NCBI GenBank assembly: GCA_018398765.1
Contig: JAHBMJ010000034.1
Coordinates: 1-58,947 of the forward strand
Length of the DNA: 58,947 nucleotides
Origin: Chromera velia
Taxonomy: Eukaryota
Direction: 5' to 3'
Positions 12,731 through 23,558 of this stretch are shown piece by piece; positions within the stretch are counted from its first letter, which is position 1, and each line of letters starts with the position of its first letter. The notes beneath the pieces were generated by a model, which had not been told where the DNA came from, ran no database searches, and was given only the letters and a program-made list of their open reading frames with translations. Made by a program: the position numbers and the translations under genes.

Positions 12731-13450
12731 ATGTCGGATCCCAACCACTTTGAAAAAAGCGCCGAATTATTGGTGCACGAAATCCAAGGCAGTTGGAGAA
12801 GATCTGCATCGTGGAAGCTGGAGTTTCTGGTGCTCTCCTCCCTTTCCGAGTACACCAGGCGGCTCTGGGACTGGGTGCTGATTTGGTTCAGCTCACTGTT
12901 GGATGATTTCTTTTTTGACGTCGACTTCTCACTCTTTCATGAAAGGGGAAAGGCGGTGAGCCATGCAGCTTACACGCAAATGTGGTTCAAGGCGATGATT
13001 GTTCGAGTGGGCGTGACGGTATTTTCTGTCGGGGTGACATGCGCAGTTCCGGAGACGTACAGAATCGCGGCCCCGTTTGCTGTCTCCGCTTTGCTTTTGG
13101 CTTCCTGGGTCGTGAAGACTTCAGCAAAGACGCCCAACTCTCCGCCTTCAATTCCATCATCCTGGTACCGGCAGTGCAACATGCAGATCGGCTGGGATTA
13201 CCACGGGAAGGACGTGGAGGTGCCTGAGGGTTTGTGCTGTCCCATCACCCAGGAATTGTTTATCGACCCGGTGGCATTGGTAGACCGTATCTATGAGAGA
13301 CGCGAGGTGGAAGCCTGGGTAGCTCGGACAGGAGAGACGCCATTCCGAGCTAAGGCGTCTCGAAGAAGCATCAGGCCCCACGGGAAGATGAGGGAACTGG
13401 TTTGGGCCTTCGCCTTCAGCAGGGGGGTCTCGCCTGTCTATGCGGTGTAA
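12731..13450 (+). CDS. U-box domain protein (putative E3 ubiquitin ligase) with hydrophobic, probably membrane-spanning segments
   Basis: C-terminal VPEGLCCPITQELFIDPVALVDRIYERREVEAWV...TPF matches the U-box pattern. Hydrophobic stretches AMIVRVGVTVFSVGVTCAV and IAAPFAVSALLLASWVV precede it. Confidence 0.8.
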   Translation: MSDPNHFEKSAELLVHEIQGSWRRSASWKLEFLVLSSLSEYTRRLWDWVLIWFSSLLDDFFFDVDFSLFHERGKAVSHAAYTQMWFKAMIVRVGVTVFSVGVTCAVPETYRIAAPFAVSALLLASWVVKTSAKTPNSPPSIPSSWYRQCNMQIGWDYHGKDVEVPEGLCCPITQELFIDPVALVDRIYERREVEAWVARTGETPFRAKASRRSIRPHGKMRELVWAFAFSRGVSPVYAV

Positions 13451-14167
13451 TGAGGTGGTGGGTTGGTGGAACAGACGGGAAGAGGCAGAGGGATGTAACT
13501 CAGAGGAAGGTTTGCAAGAGGGATGGAGAGTATTTGGGGTCCTGTAACAGTATTGAGAGGATGTGATGGACTATTAATGGGAGGGGTTTGAAGGGGAATG
13601 GGAAACGGAGAGGGAGGGATGAGGATGTAAGGGAGTGAATGCTGGATGGGAAATGAGGAGTGGGGAATGAGGTTTTGAGGAAAACTGCAACGGCATTTTA
13701 GAATGCATGAAGGGAAACGCAATGGGTCGGTGCATCGGAGAAAGGAGTCTTTCTGGTCTCTGTCCAACTGTCTGCCTGTGTCAGGCTGTCTGTCTCTTTC
13801 TCCGCTAGCCTTCTCTCTCTCACTCGTGGTCAACCGTTGTGCCCACTTCTTTGAATTCGGTTGACAGAGCTGCCACTGACGGTCTCTTGGATTGTCTGAC
13901 TTCTTATCGGAATCGTAGTCGGAGTCTCTCTGGGATGTTGGGATCTAGGTTGGGGTCAGAGGCTCAGCCTTCAGGCAGATGAGTCTCAGATGATCTGAAT
14001 TAAGAATCTGAAGCGAAGTCTTGGAGAAAGAAGGTTCGGTGAAACAGGAAGCAAACCCGAAGTAAAATGGTCGCAGAGAGATCAACTGAGCGGAACCCCG
14101 TATACGTATGTATTCTTCTAGGTATTCTAAGGTATTCTTTAGATTTATTTCTTTTTAACTTCGTTGG

Positions 14168-14703
14168 TACACTGTGCTGTTAGGAGTAACTACCGGCCTT
14201 CTCAGAAAGCTTTTGGTTACCATCAAATTGCTAACCAAAACTTGGTAACTGGAGGGGTCTGAGGGGACTACCACTACCGCGGTAATCTGACTGTATCTGC
14301 CCGTAAACTAGCCCACAAATGTGTTGGATCGAGATTTAATATAGCAGAAACGCATCTTTAAAAACTGTCACAGTGTACGAGTACAGTACGATGTAAAAAA
14401 GATTATTTTTAAACTTTTTTTATCTAAGTTGTTTTTATTATATCAAAAACTTGACTTTAACTTATACATATTTGTGGATATAAGAGAACTTTACAATAAA
14501 TCTATCTTTGGTACTCGATTTACCCACTAATTTGTTTTGCTTAAAAGAACGATTACCACTGTTTTAGTTACCGAAACAACGGTAATCAATGTGACTCTGC
14601 ATGATTTAAAATGAATTACCGTAACCATGAAAATGGTTATCGAGTGGCCTAACGGCCGCCTCGGTAACCAAACTAAGTTGGTTACTCCTAACAGCACAGT
14701 GTA
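14168..14703. mobile_element. Non-autonomous TIR element (hAT-like, 8-bp TSD TTCGTTGG)
   Basis: Perfect 23-bp TIR TACACTGTGCTGTTAGGAGTAAC / GTTACTCCTAACAGCACAGTGTA. Left TSD at 14160-14167; the right TSD is restored once the adjacent element is removed. Subterminal GGTAAC/GTTACC motifs. Confidence 0.85.
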
Positions 14704-14708
14704 TTCGT

Positions 14709-15351
14709 CAGGGTTACCGATTTTTTCGGTGGTAGACAAGCTTCATTACCGGTAACCGGTAATTACCGGCAGAGTTTACTGGCAGTCAGAAAAGACTTAG
14801 CAGAATTCTAACAGTCACTCACACTCCGTTATAGGTCAATCAATCAATCATAGGTGGCCTAGTAGGTGGCACAGTCCGAAAAAGTGCTTTTACTATACTT
14901 TTACCGTCCAGTTGTAACTGGCAGTATGCAAGGTGCAAGAGAGTCACTAGGTCAAGTGATGCATGCCGGTCGGTCCTAGGATCTGTATTATTAATTGTAT
15001 TGATACAGATGAGAATACAAATACAGATGGATCGAACAGAACAAAGACACAAGCAAGAGGAAGTCTCTTCATGTTATTGTGAACAGTATTAACTTTTATA
15101 AGATGTGAACTCTGGATAAGTATGCCTTAGGAGCCGACTACACTGAGTACTGCTAAGTCGTTACTTATCCCGTACTTTGATCGCTCTCAAACGACGGTTC
15201 AAGGCCTGATAAAGAGAAGCAGAACAGTAAAAGATGAAACAGAGTTAATTTAAGGAAAAGGGAGTAGCTGTTGGACAGAGCTGTTAGAACTTTATGTCAC
15301 TTTAATATAGGGGTGATCGAAGCAGTTAAAATAATTGAAATTATAGTAAAT

Positions 15352-15387
<36 letters not shown>

Positions 15388-15583
15388 AATAGGCTTTTTT
15401 AAATGTCAATAAACACTTAAAAACATGTTTTTGAAGGTTGGCGCCACAGGCGAAATTTTTTTTTTGACCTTATAATTTTTATCATTTTTTTTTGTCGGTA
15501 AAAGGAAGGTAAACTGAGGCCATTACCGGTTACTGGCAATTGCCGGTAGACTACATCTGTTACCGATAAGAAAAGCAACTCTG
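14709..15583. mobile_element. Non-autonomous hAT-like TIR element (8-bp TSD GTATTCGT)
   Basis: Ends CAGGGTT... and ...AACTCTG. Identical GTATTCGT at 14701-14708 and 15584-15591. Subterminal TTACCGG/CCGGTAA repeats at both ends. Confidence 0.8.
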
Positions 15584-16074
15584 GTATTCGTTGGAAACAA
15601 AGATATGATCAGATTGTGATGAGAGATAATTAGCTTTAATAGCTTGCTAGGATTTGATGTATACAATCACTTTCAAGTTTATCTAACGATCGATATGCAT
15701 TACATACATTCAACAGTTCCTTCCATTAATTGCCTACATTAATTGCTAGTGACTCAGAACGGAAATGCATGCAGCACCCGGCTTAGCTACAATGAGATCG
15801 CTGCTGCATGTATATGCACACTGGCGTATATGTATCTATGGGCTAATTAAGTTATTTTCTAGCTTGCATGAAAAAAACCCTAATCATCATTTTCTAGCTG
15901 TACCGTGTTTCCTACAGCAACTTGAAAGGAAAATTCTCAGTATTTTAACTTCTTTGCAAAAATCCTAATCGATCGCTCTCAGTTTAGACTGTAAGACCGA
16001 TAGCATAGCATAGCATAGCTAGCATGGATGTTCCGGGTTTTGCCCGTGGTCTACTGCTGAAGGTCGATAGAAAC

Positions 16075-17436
16075 CGTAGCGTTGTGAAAGTCTGACAAGC
16101 AGTTGTGTCAGGATGAAATGAAGTACGCGCGCATAACATGCGTAGGGCGCATGCATACATGCATACTGGGAATTAATTGTGCAGCATGCAGTCTCTATCA
16201 AAACATCCGTTGTTTGTCTTACAGAACAGAGATAGCAGAACTACCCATATATGACAGAACCTTTATTCGTATATAGGAGCTGATCCTAGCTACGACTAGC
16301 TGAGGGCCTACATCCCTACGGGGAGGGGCACGTAACATAGTGAGGTGAGCCACGGGACCGGCCAATCCCGGGGTGAGCCGAACTAACGCGCACCGCCACT
16401 GTACGGGACGCCCGCAGCTCAGAGACCAACACACGCACGCAGGCTCATGGAGGCGCCGCCATGTCAGTCTGTATTAGAAGAGAAATAAATAAAATAGAAA
16501 TAAAATGGAATTAATTCAGTCAGCTGCGTATAGCCTGAATTGAGTAAACAACAGTTGCTTGCAAAGCTTCTAGAAGCAGTTTGGAAGTGAATCTTGAACT
16601 GACAGACTTTTCGTAGTAGAGATCTAACTGAACCAAGTGCGCTCACTTAGGAGAAGAGGAGTTTCTTCCTTAGGGGGCACGGTGTGGGTGAGGAAGGAAG
16701 GGAGGAGACGGAAGCAGGTGGCATGCAGTAAAGAGACAGAGCAAAGAGAGGAAGAGAAGAAGAGCTGACAGTGAGTGACAGCCAGAAAGGGAAGACTCTG
16801 TTTGCGCAGCATCATGATGATAGCTGAAATAAGGCAGACATTCAGATCGATCAGAAAAAGAGAGAGCAAGAGTTGAAGTAGGCAGAAGTAGCTGTATTGG
16901 CTACGGATTAGCCAATCAGAGAAACAGTTCATCTCATGTGCTGCTGCATTCCAGGTTCAAATCCTGTGAACGATTCTTCATTCCGCTTTTCATATGAGGA
17001 AAGAGAGCCTGCTTTGGAATCAGTCGTCATATGCCTAATCAGCAGCAAAGGCTGGAAGAAGGAGAAAATGACTTGAGGTGACTTGCATAGATTTGAGACT
17101 GTTCTGTATGGACTGCGCCTTTTTTGAGATTAAATTGCCTCATGCTGATGAAGTGGCGGGACGCCACTCTAGAGGGAGGGGGCACGTAGCGTTGTGAAGG
17201 TCTGATAAGCAGTTATATCAGGATGAAATGTCATTGAAGTACGTGCGTATAATGTGCGTAGGGCGCATGCATGCATGCATACCGGGAATTAATTGTACAG
17301 CATGCAGTCTCTATGAAGACATCCATTGTTTATCTTACAGAACAGAGATAGCAGAACTACCCATGTATGACAGAACCTTTATCCGTATGTAGGAGCTGAT
17401 CCCAGCTACGACTAGCTGAGGGCCTATATCCCTACG
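16075..17436 (+). mobile_element. TRIM-like non-autonomous LTR retroelement (LTRs 16075-16320 and 17185-17436)
   Basis: ~250-bp direct repeats bounded by CGTAG...CTACG. Perfect 5-bp TSD GAAAC (16070-16074, 17437-17441). Polypurine tract AGAGGGAGGGGG precedes the 3' LTR. Confidence 0.88.
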
Positions 17437-18179
17437 GAAACGACCAGACTCTGAGACTCACATCTTAACAAAGTATAACTCTGTTAAACCACACCAAGCA
17501 AGTGCACTTTGTCTAGTACCGCAGATGCATCGCTTGCTTATGTATGCGACATTACGTACGTGTCTGAGAATCTTAGATAAGTGGTTGGCTGTGGTCCCCA
17601 CTATACAACATACGATTATATCTCTCATCGACAGTCTTCCCCCCCCATCTACCCTAAAAAACCAGTACAGAATAGTCTTTCAGACTCTTTCCCCAGTAAA
17701 CTGAGTTCACTACCAATTGTAGTATAACCGAGTAGTCAATCGGTTTTACAGTTAAGGTGATAGATATTTGAGAAACACTGTCTAACGTGGTGGAAAGGTG
17801 AGTTCCGTTTTGTTTGACAAAACAGTTACTGCCAGAACAAACTATCATCTTTTCTCTTTCGTTTGACTTGTCTTCAACTATTTTTTTTTTTTTAAGTCAG
17901 AATGATTTTATATGCATTCGGTTTAGTCTAGAAGTCAACTATTCAATATAACTCAATATATCTTTTCTTATTTTCACATTTTTCTAAGCGCGCAGCGGAT
18001 ATAGATGGGCGGATATCACCGTCACGACTATTTTTTCTCGCCCGTGCGCCGGGGACGGATTTGACCCGGAGGCGTTGGTTGGCCCAACTATATTTCCGGT
18101 CGGATCTTGATTTCCGTCGTTTGAATGCACGGCTTCACTCGATCCGCAAGCTAGGCTTCGCCTAGCTTAATTCCATATA

Positions 18180-21100
18180 CTAGCCAGGGAGGCCCATCCG
18201 ATGGTAATGATACATGATATAAAGTGTAAATATATGCTAAAGTATGTTAAAGTAGCCGAATGTTGCAAAATATAAAAAAAATATTTAAAAATTAGAATAT
18301 TTCCCTGAAGGCCTTAGGCCGGAACATATCAATCAATCAATCAATCAATCCCTATAAATGAAGAGGAAAAGAATTTGTTTTTAAAAAAATGTTTAGGATA
18401 TGTTTGTAAAGAAATATATATAGGGATTTGTAAATGTGGAAATTTCTAATGTGGATGATGATGAAACACATATTAAATTGTTAATTTAAACTTTGAAGAG
18501 CGTTTGCTCTACTCGAAGATTTCAGAATATACAACAGGAATGTTCTAGTATGATTAGTTCTCTTCCAACAGCCGAGACAGTCCTGCTATGCACGTACTGT
18601 TTGCTAAGGGACCGACGGTGGACTCTACCGAAATCACCATCTCCAAGATTGGTCTCACTTCACACATTTTTGAACTTCACAGGGCCAGTTTGCCCAACCT
18701 CAGCCGGGTTAAAAACTTTAACAGCTTCTTCTTCTCCGCTGCGAGACAATGCAACATAAGATTGACCGTGAGAAAAGATTTCTGACATCAGACAGAGGCC
18801 CAGCCTTTCAAGAGTCTGCCCTTGAGATCGATTGATAGTAAGAGCAAACGCAGGCAAGATGGGAAACTGTCTTCGTGTGAATTTGAAAGGCTGAGTACCC
18901 ATCTGTTCTGCCTCTAAATTCAATCGCGGAATGAAGATCTCTTTTCCAGTCTGCGGACCGGTGATCACTCGGCAGTGCAGATACCGAGAGCCAACGTTCA
19001 AAAGAATCAAACGGGTTCCGTTTGCTATCCCTCTTGTTTTGTCAAGGTTTCGAATCAAAATCAAAGGCATGTTTTTCTTCAGACGCAGCTTATGGGGGGG
19101 GAAGCCAGAAGGTTGGAAGGTTGGAGCGTATTGAGAAACTCAGGAACTAAGAGGTGTCCCATCTCCGGATCAGTGGACATATCGACGCTCAAAAACTCAG
19201 TCTCCTGCCCAGGAAACATGTCAATCGCTGTTTTGTTTACCTCATTGACATCTTCGTTTCGGGGAGCCAGAATAGCTCTGCTTGCGATGGTTTCGGGTGG
19301 GATGTTCCCGGAGGAAATGTCACCGAAGATTTCCTTGATAAACCCGTCAGTGTCTGACGCTGTACTCCTGGTCGAAGGGGCAAGAGTGACAGTGTCCCCG
19401 TCTCTTCCCCTTCCAACCCTACGGAGTAGATCAGCCCATGCCTGCTGTCGTGCAGGGTCGCGTCCCTGAGCAATCAATCGCTGCACTCTCATGTTTTGAG
19501 TGAGCTGTCGCACCTGGATGGGGCGCCAATGCTCCCACTTCTTCATGGTGCTTGCTACGATTGTGGCTCTGGGTGCCTTCGGGATGACGGGCAAGCACTG
19601 CTGCCAGTCTCCCGAAAAAACGATCACTTTCCCCCCCCACTCGTCACCTCCACACACATCCTCTAACCATCTCTTCACGGCAGCTATAATGTACTTATGG
19701 GACATGGTGACCTCATCCCACACAATGAGTCTACACTGTCTGACGATCTGTGCAGCAGCTGAATTCTTCGAGGGGGCACAGACACTGTCTTTTTCAATCT
19801 TCAGAGGAACGCCAAAGGCCGCATGAGCGGTGGAGGCCAGCGGGAGGAGAGTTGCTGCTATGCCAGTCGACGCGACTGCAAGGGCTGGTGTTCCTTGCTG
19901 ACCGGAAGGGAGACGGTCTATCTCTACTCCCACAGAGGCAAATGAGAGGGACGTGTTGAAAGCACGCACGTTCTCAATGAGATGGGCGTGATCGGGGTGG
20001 CCGTGCTGTAGGCGGTTTTTGATGCTTGCCGGAGGGTCTGAAAATCGTTTTAACTGAACCCTCCCATGTGAGCAGCAAATAGAAAACTTGGCGGCTCCGT
20101 AATGGCTGCTTGTTGAGACCTCTTCCCCCTTCCAGACCTGAGCTCTGCATGTGGGGCATTCTTGCACTGGGCCTTCAAAGTCTGCTGAACCAGGAGCGAC
20201 TCTGCGCAATATATCATAGACGTGGGGGTTCATGTACAGGCCGGCGGGGATGTAATTTCCTGGTGCAAAACCAGGGATTGTTGGGGAGTACCTGCTGTGT
20301 AACGCCCATCCTGCAGACAGACACAGAGACGGCGGAGACGGTGGTCAAATTTGTTCCAGGGTGTGCACATGTCTGTGCGTACTGAGAGGGAAAATAGAAG
20401 GTTGGCTGATCTTTCGTCGGGTTTCTGAGGAAGTTTCTGTTCCCATGAATTCTTGGTGGCGCAGGGGGTGCAATGTAGTTTGGCGGAAGCCGCGGCCTCA
20501 GTGGAGGCAGAGGAACGGGCAAAGGCGGTGGTGGCGGTGGTTGAGGAGGCGGCAGCGGTGCAGCAATTATTCCTGCTGCGGCTCCAGCGCTGGGAAGGAG
20601 TTGGGGAGGTGGATGTACAATCGGAGGCGGATATATCTGGTTAGCCGCCATTCCCGTGAACACACACAGATGCGATACCACACACAAGACACGTACAGCA
20701 CGAAGGAGACGGCGGTTATTCATACAGAACAATCAGAAGAGAAGTGTAACAAATTGGTAAATGCCCTCAAAGGCAGGCGAACGACAAAAAGTGACGGATG
20801 AGCAACAAATTCGATACGGGGACAAACCCGGATATCAAACGGGACAAAGTGGTCTGTGTCAGGAAAGGAGACGGAGCTGGAGACGGCACAAATGATACGT
20901 TCTCGGTTCACTTGTTGGGTTTCGCAGGAAGGCGGGTTGCATGACACAGAAAAGCAGAGGCATGCTGGTCAGGTCGGACACGTGGACCCGTCGCGTGGGC
21001 TGGACATGGGCTGGACAGGTCGGGAGTGACAGTGTGTGACAGTTCGGGAATAAATTTGGGGGTCGAGTTTGTTTGCCCTGTTCACTTGTTGCGTGCGTCA

Positions 21101-21223
21101 ATGCTGTCAGAGGAAAAATCCCGCGCGAGCTCCGTGCGAGCGGCTTCGGAGATGGCGTTTTGGGAAGGAAGTGCCCCCCCAGCGGATTTGCGGGATTCCC
21201 TGGCCCACAGTAGGTATAGTAGA
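18180..21223 (-). mobile_element. Helitron, internally deleted derivative
   Basis: Minus-strand 5' end A|TCTACTATACC at 21223. Minus-strand 3' end has a short CCATCGGATGG hairpin, 10 nt, then CTAG|T at 18180. It encloses Helitron-type zinc-ribbon and PIF1 helicase remnants. The 3' boundary is the less certain one. Confidence 0.7.
18660..20233 (-). pseudogene. Helitron Rep/helicase remnant (PIF1-family helicase), deleted and frameshifted
   Basis: N-terminal CPTCRAQVWKGE...CCSHGRV...VRAFNTSLSFAS, then PIF1 motifs VASTGIAATLL, TAHAAF, IVWDEVTM, GGKVIVFSGDWQQCLPV, LTQNMR, ILAPRNEDVNEVN. After a frameshift near 19090: LIRNLD..GIANGTRL, RRQFPILPAFALTINRSQGQTL, FSHGQSYVALSR. Confidence 0.92.
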
Positions 21224-21450
21224 TATGCATGCACCCAACGATCGACTGACCTTTTCATATATATATATGTCAGCACGTTCGTCTGAGTTTCTGTCCGGCT
21301 GTGTAGCAGGCCCTTTGCATGCATGTCTTGCGGCCTCACTCGTCCAGATCTGTAGCGCAAAAAGAAGTCGGGCGTGAGTTAATCAACGCACATGCAACTA
21401 TCTGTGCGGTTCCAAAACCTCTTCACGTGCTTGATTTGAGCACCAGAAAA

Positions 21451-22221
21451 ATGCCGACAAAGTCGCAGGCAGCCCCTAGGGAAGGCAACCCGGCAACTTC
21501 GGTCCTTCCCTTCGCGGGTGAGTTGCAAAATGAGACCTGTCTGGACTCTGCGATCTACTTTTACACGCTTCGCATCGCCTCCAAGTTAGCTTGCACAGGG
21601 ACAGAGGGCAAGCACGAAGGGAGAATCTATGTAATTGGGTCTGTTGACGAAATCATGGGGCATGCTGATAGTCGGAAGGACGACGTTGCCATCCTGTTGG
21701 CGAAGCACGAGGCCACGAACTCCTTCGTCCTGAAGGAGGATGGATCAGCTAGCGAGGAGGGGGAAGCGTTCATCCGAAAACACCTCCTTCAGGACGGCGC
21801 ATTCGTAGTATCAGGGCAGAATCGCGGTCGCATCCAGGCTTGCACTGTAATGCTGAAAACCGCCGGCAATGCTCTCAGACAGGATGTACAGGGTGGTACA
21901 GGGCACAAAGTCGCCTTAAACTTCTCTCAGGATATGCGGAATTGCGTTATCATCAAGGCTTCCGAAAACTCCACGGGAAAAGTCCTCGTGTGTTTTCGGG
22001 GAACGAAGGACCATTACACGTATCCCGATTTGGGGATGGAGGTGAGGGTCCAGAATCAGACTCGTCCGCCGGCTCCCACCGAGACATATCTCGAGATCAA
22101 AGAAGAAAAAGTGACGAAGATCCTCATGCGGATGCCCCCAGTGTACAACTTGAATACAGGGGTGCAGCAGGAGCAGGTGGTGGAGGCCTTATCTGCATTG
22201 CAGAAGAAGGTGAGGAAGTGA
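21451..22221 (+). CDS. DAC/DisA_N (diadenylate cyclase)-fold domain 1; either exon 1 of a larger gene (donor AAG|GTGAGG near 22210) or a stand-alone ORF
   Basis: LRIASKLACTGTEGKHEGRIYVIGS...FIRKHLLQDGAFVVSG...GRIQACTVML...GGTGHKVALNFSQ...CVIIKASENSTGKVLVCFRG follows the DAC motif order G-x-h-h-V, DGAhhh, GxRHxxA, hhhSEx-G. Confidence 0.7.
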   Translation: MPTKSQAAPREGNPATSVLPFAGELQNETCLDSAIYFYTLRIASKLACTGTEGKHEGRIYVIGSVDEIMGHADSRKDDVAILLAKHEATNSFVLKEDGSASEEGEAFIRKHLLQDGAFVVSGQNRGRIQACTVMLKTAGNALRQDVQGGTGHKVALNFSQDMRNCVIIKASENSTGKVLVCFRGTKDHYTYPDLGMEVRVQNQTRPPAPTETYLEIKEEKVTKILMRMPPVYNLNTGVQQEQVVEALSALQKKVRK

Positions 22222-22379
22222 TCAGTTTCCGAGTGGCTATCCGATTTATGATCTGATTGATTCGATTGAGCAGAGTCAGGGAGAGGCACCACGTTCTCAT
22301 ACCGCAAGCGAGCAAATTTTGACTCATTCACTCGTTTTGTTTTTCTTCCCTGTTTGTGGCCTGTTTGTCACCTCCTTCT

Positions 22380-23518
22380 CACAGCGCGGCTGTCCAATCT
22401 GATTCTTGACCTCTCGACCGAAAAACATCCTTGCAGAAAAGGCTTTCGGTATCGGTTTTCGGGTCCGACTCGCTGCCTCGCCAATGGCGGGAAAAAGGCA
22501 GGCCGTCAAAGCTGGAAGAGAAGAGAGCAGCGAAAAGGATTCTGAGGAACCAGTCGGTAGAAGGACACGGATTTTCGGAAGACCAGGGCGAGAAGGAGAG
22601 CAGGGAGCAAGACAGGACAGAGCGACAGATTCTCGATCGCCAAAACGAAAAATCGGAGGGAGACGGCAGCAACCTCAGCGGGCATGAGCCGGTCAGTGGA
22701 GCATTTGAAGAGCATCGAGTCACTTGCTTGGCAAGATTGGATGGACTTCTCAGCCTAGCCGCACATGGTTAACCCGCCACGCATCTTCTGCTCAGTTCAT
22801 TTTGATGTTCGATTCCTTCCTGTCTTTTCATGCTCCAGATGCTCCTCATTATTCTCCTTGACTATCCAGATCTTCGCTGATCGCCGCAACTTCTTTGAGG
22901 AACTTCTTCTTCACCCTTCATTTATGTTGACCATGCGCATATCTTGCTGCAGGGGCCCGATCCTGCGGCTCCAAGTGGCAGGTATCGTGACTTTCCAGCT
23001 TTTGGCCAACTCGACGTACATCTGGTCAGCAGTCACCGTAAAAGCACGTGATGCAAAGACAGGGAAGGGCTCAATTGAGTGCACACTTAAGTGTTTGGCT
23101 TGCGTGTTTTGGGATGTGTGTATGGGTGGAACAGCTGCAGACAATACACTCTTTGCTCCAGAGCTACAAAATTAGCTTGAATTCAAAGCCGTCCTCCACG
23201 CAAAGCTTTTCATGTCCTCTTTGTATTCTTCTGCATGTCTGCAGCCTCAAAGTACGTCCTCAGGAGCACCGGGGAGAGGTCAGTAAGAGAGTGCTCGAAT
23301 GCCACTTGCTCACTCACTCAGAACCCTGTAGTGATGAGGTTGGAGAGTGCAGTGCTCTTGCGATACCAGCAAAGACAGATCTTCTTTATTGTGTGAGCAG
23401 GATATTTTGTGCATCCTCACATGAGCATCTCAATGTTTTGTCTTGCACGTGAAAGTCATGCAGTGACAGGGTGAATTCGGTTGAGAGTTTGAGACCGTCA
23501 GGCCACACGTGTGTCCTG

Positions 23519-23558
<40 letters not shown>

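Noticed and set aside
14168..14703. Tc1/mariner or CACTA assignment (TA + CACTG ends)
   Set aside because: An 8-bp TSD (TTCGTTGG) is recovered outside the TA once the neighbouring insertion is removed, so the TA belongs to the TIR.
18301..18330. Hammerhead ribozyme (CTGAAGGCCTTAGGCCGGAAC)
   Set aside because: The core would need CUGANGA and GAAA; here the GA is missing, GGAA replaces GAAA, and no stem I or III is evident.
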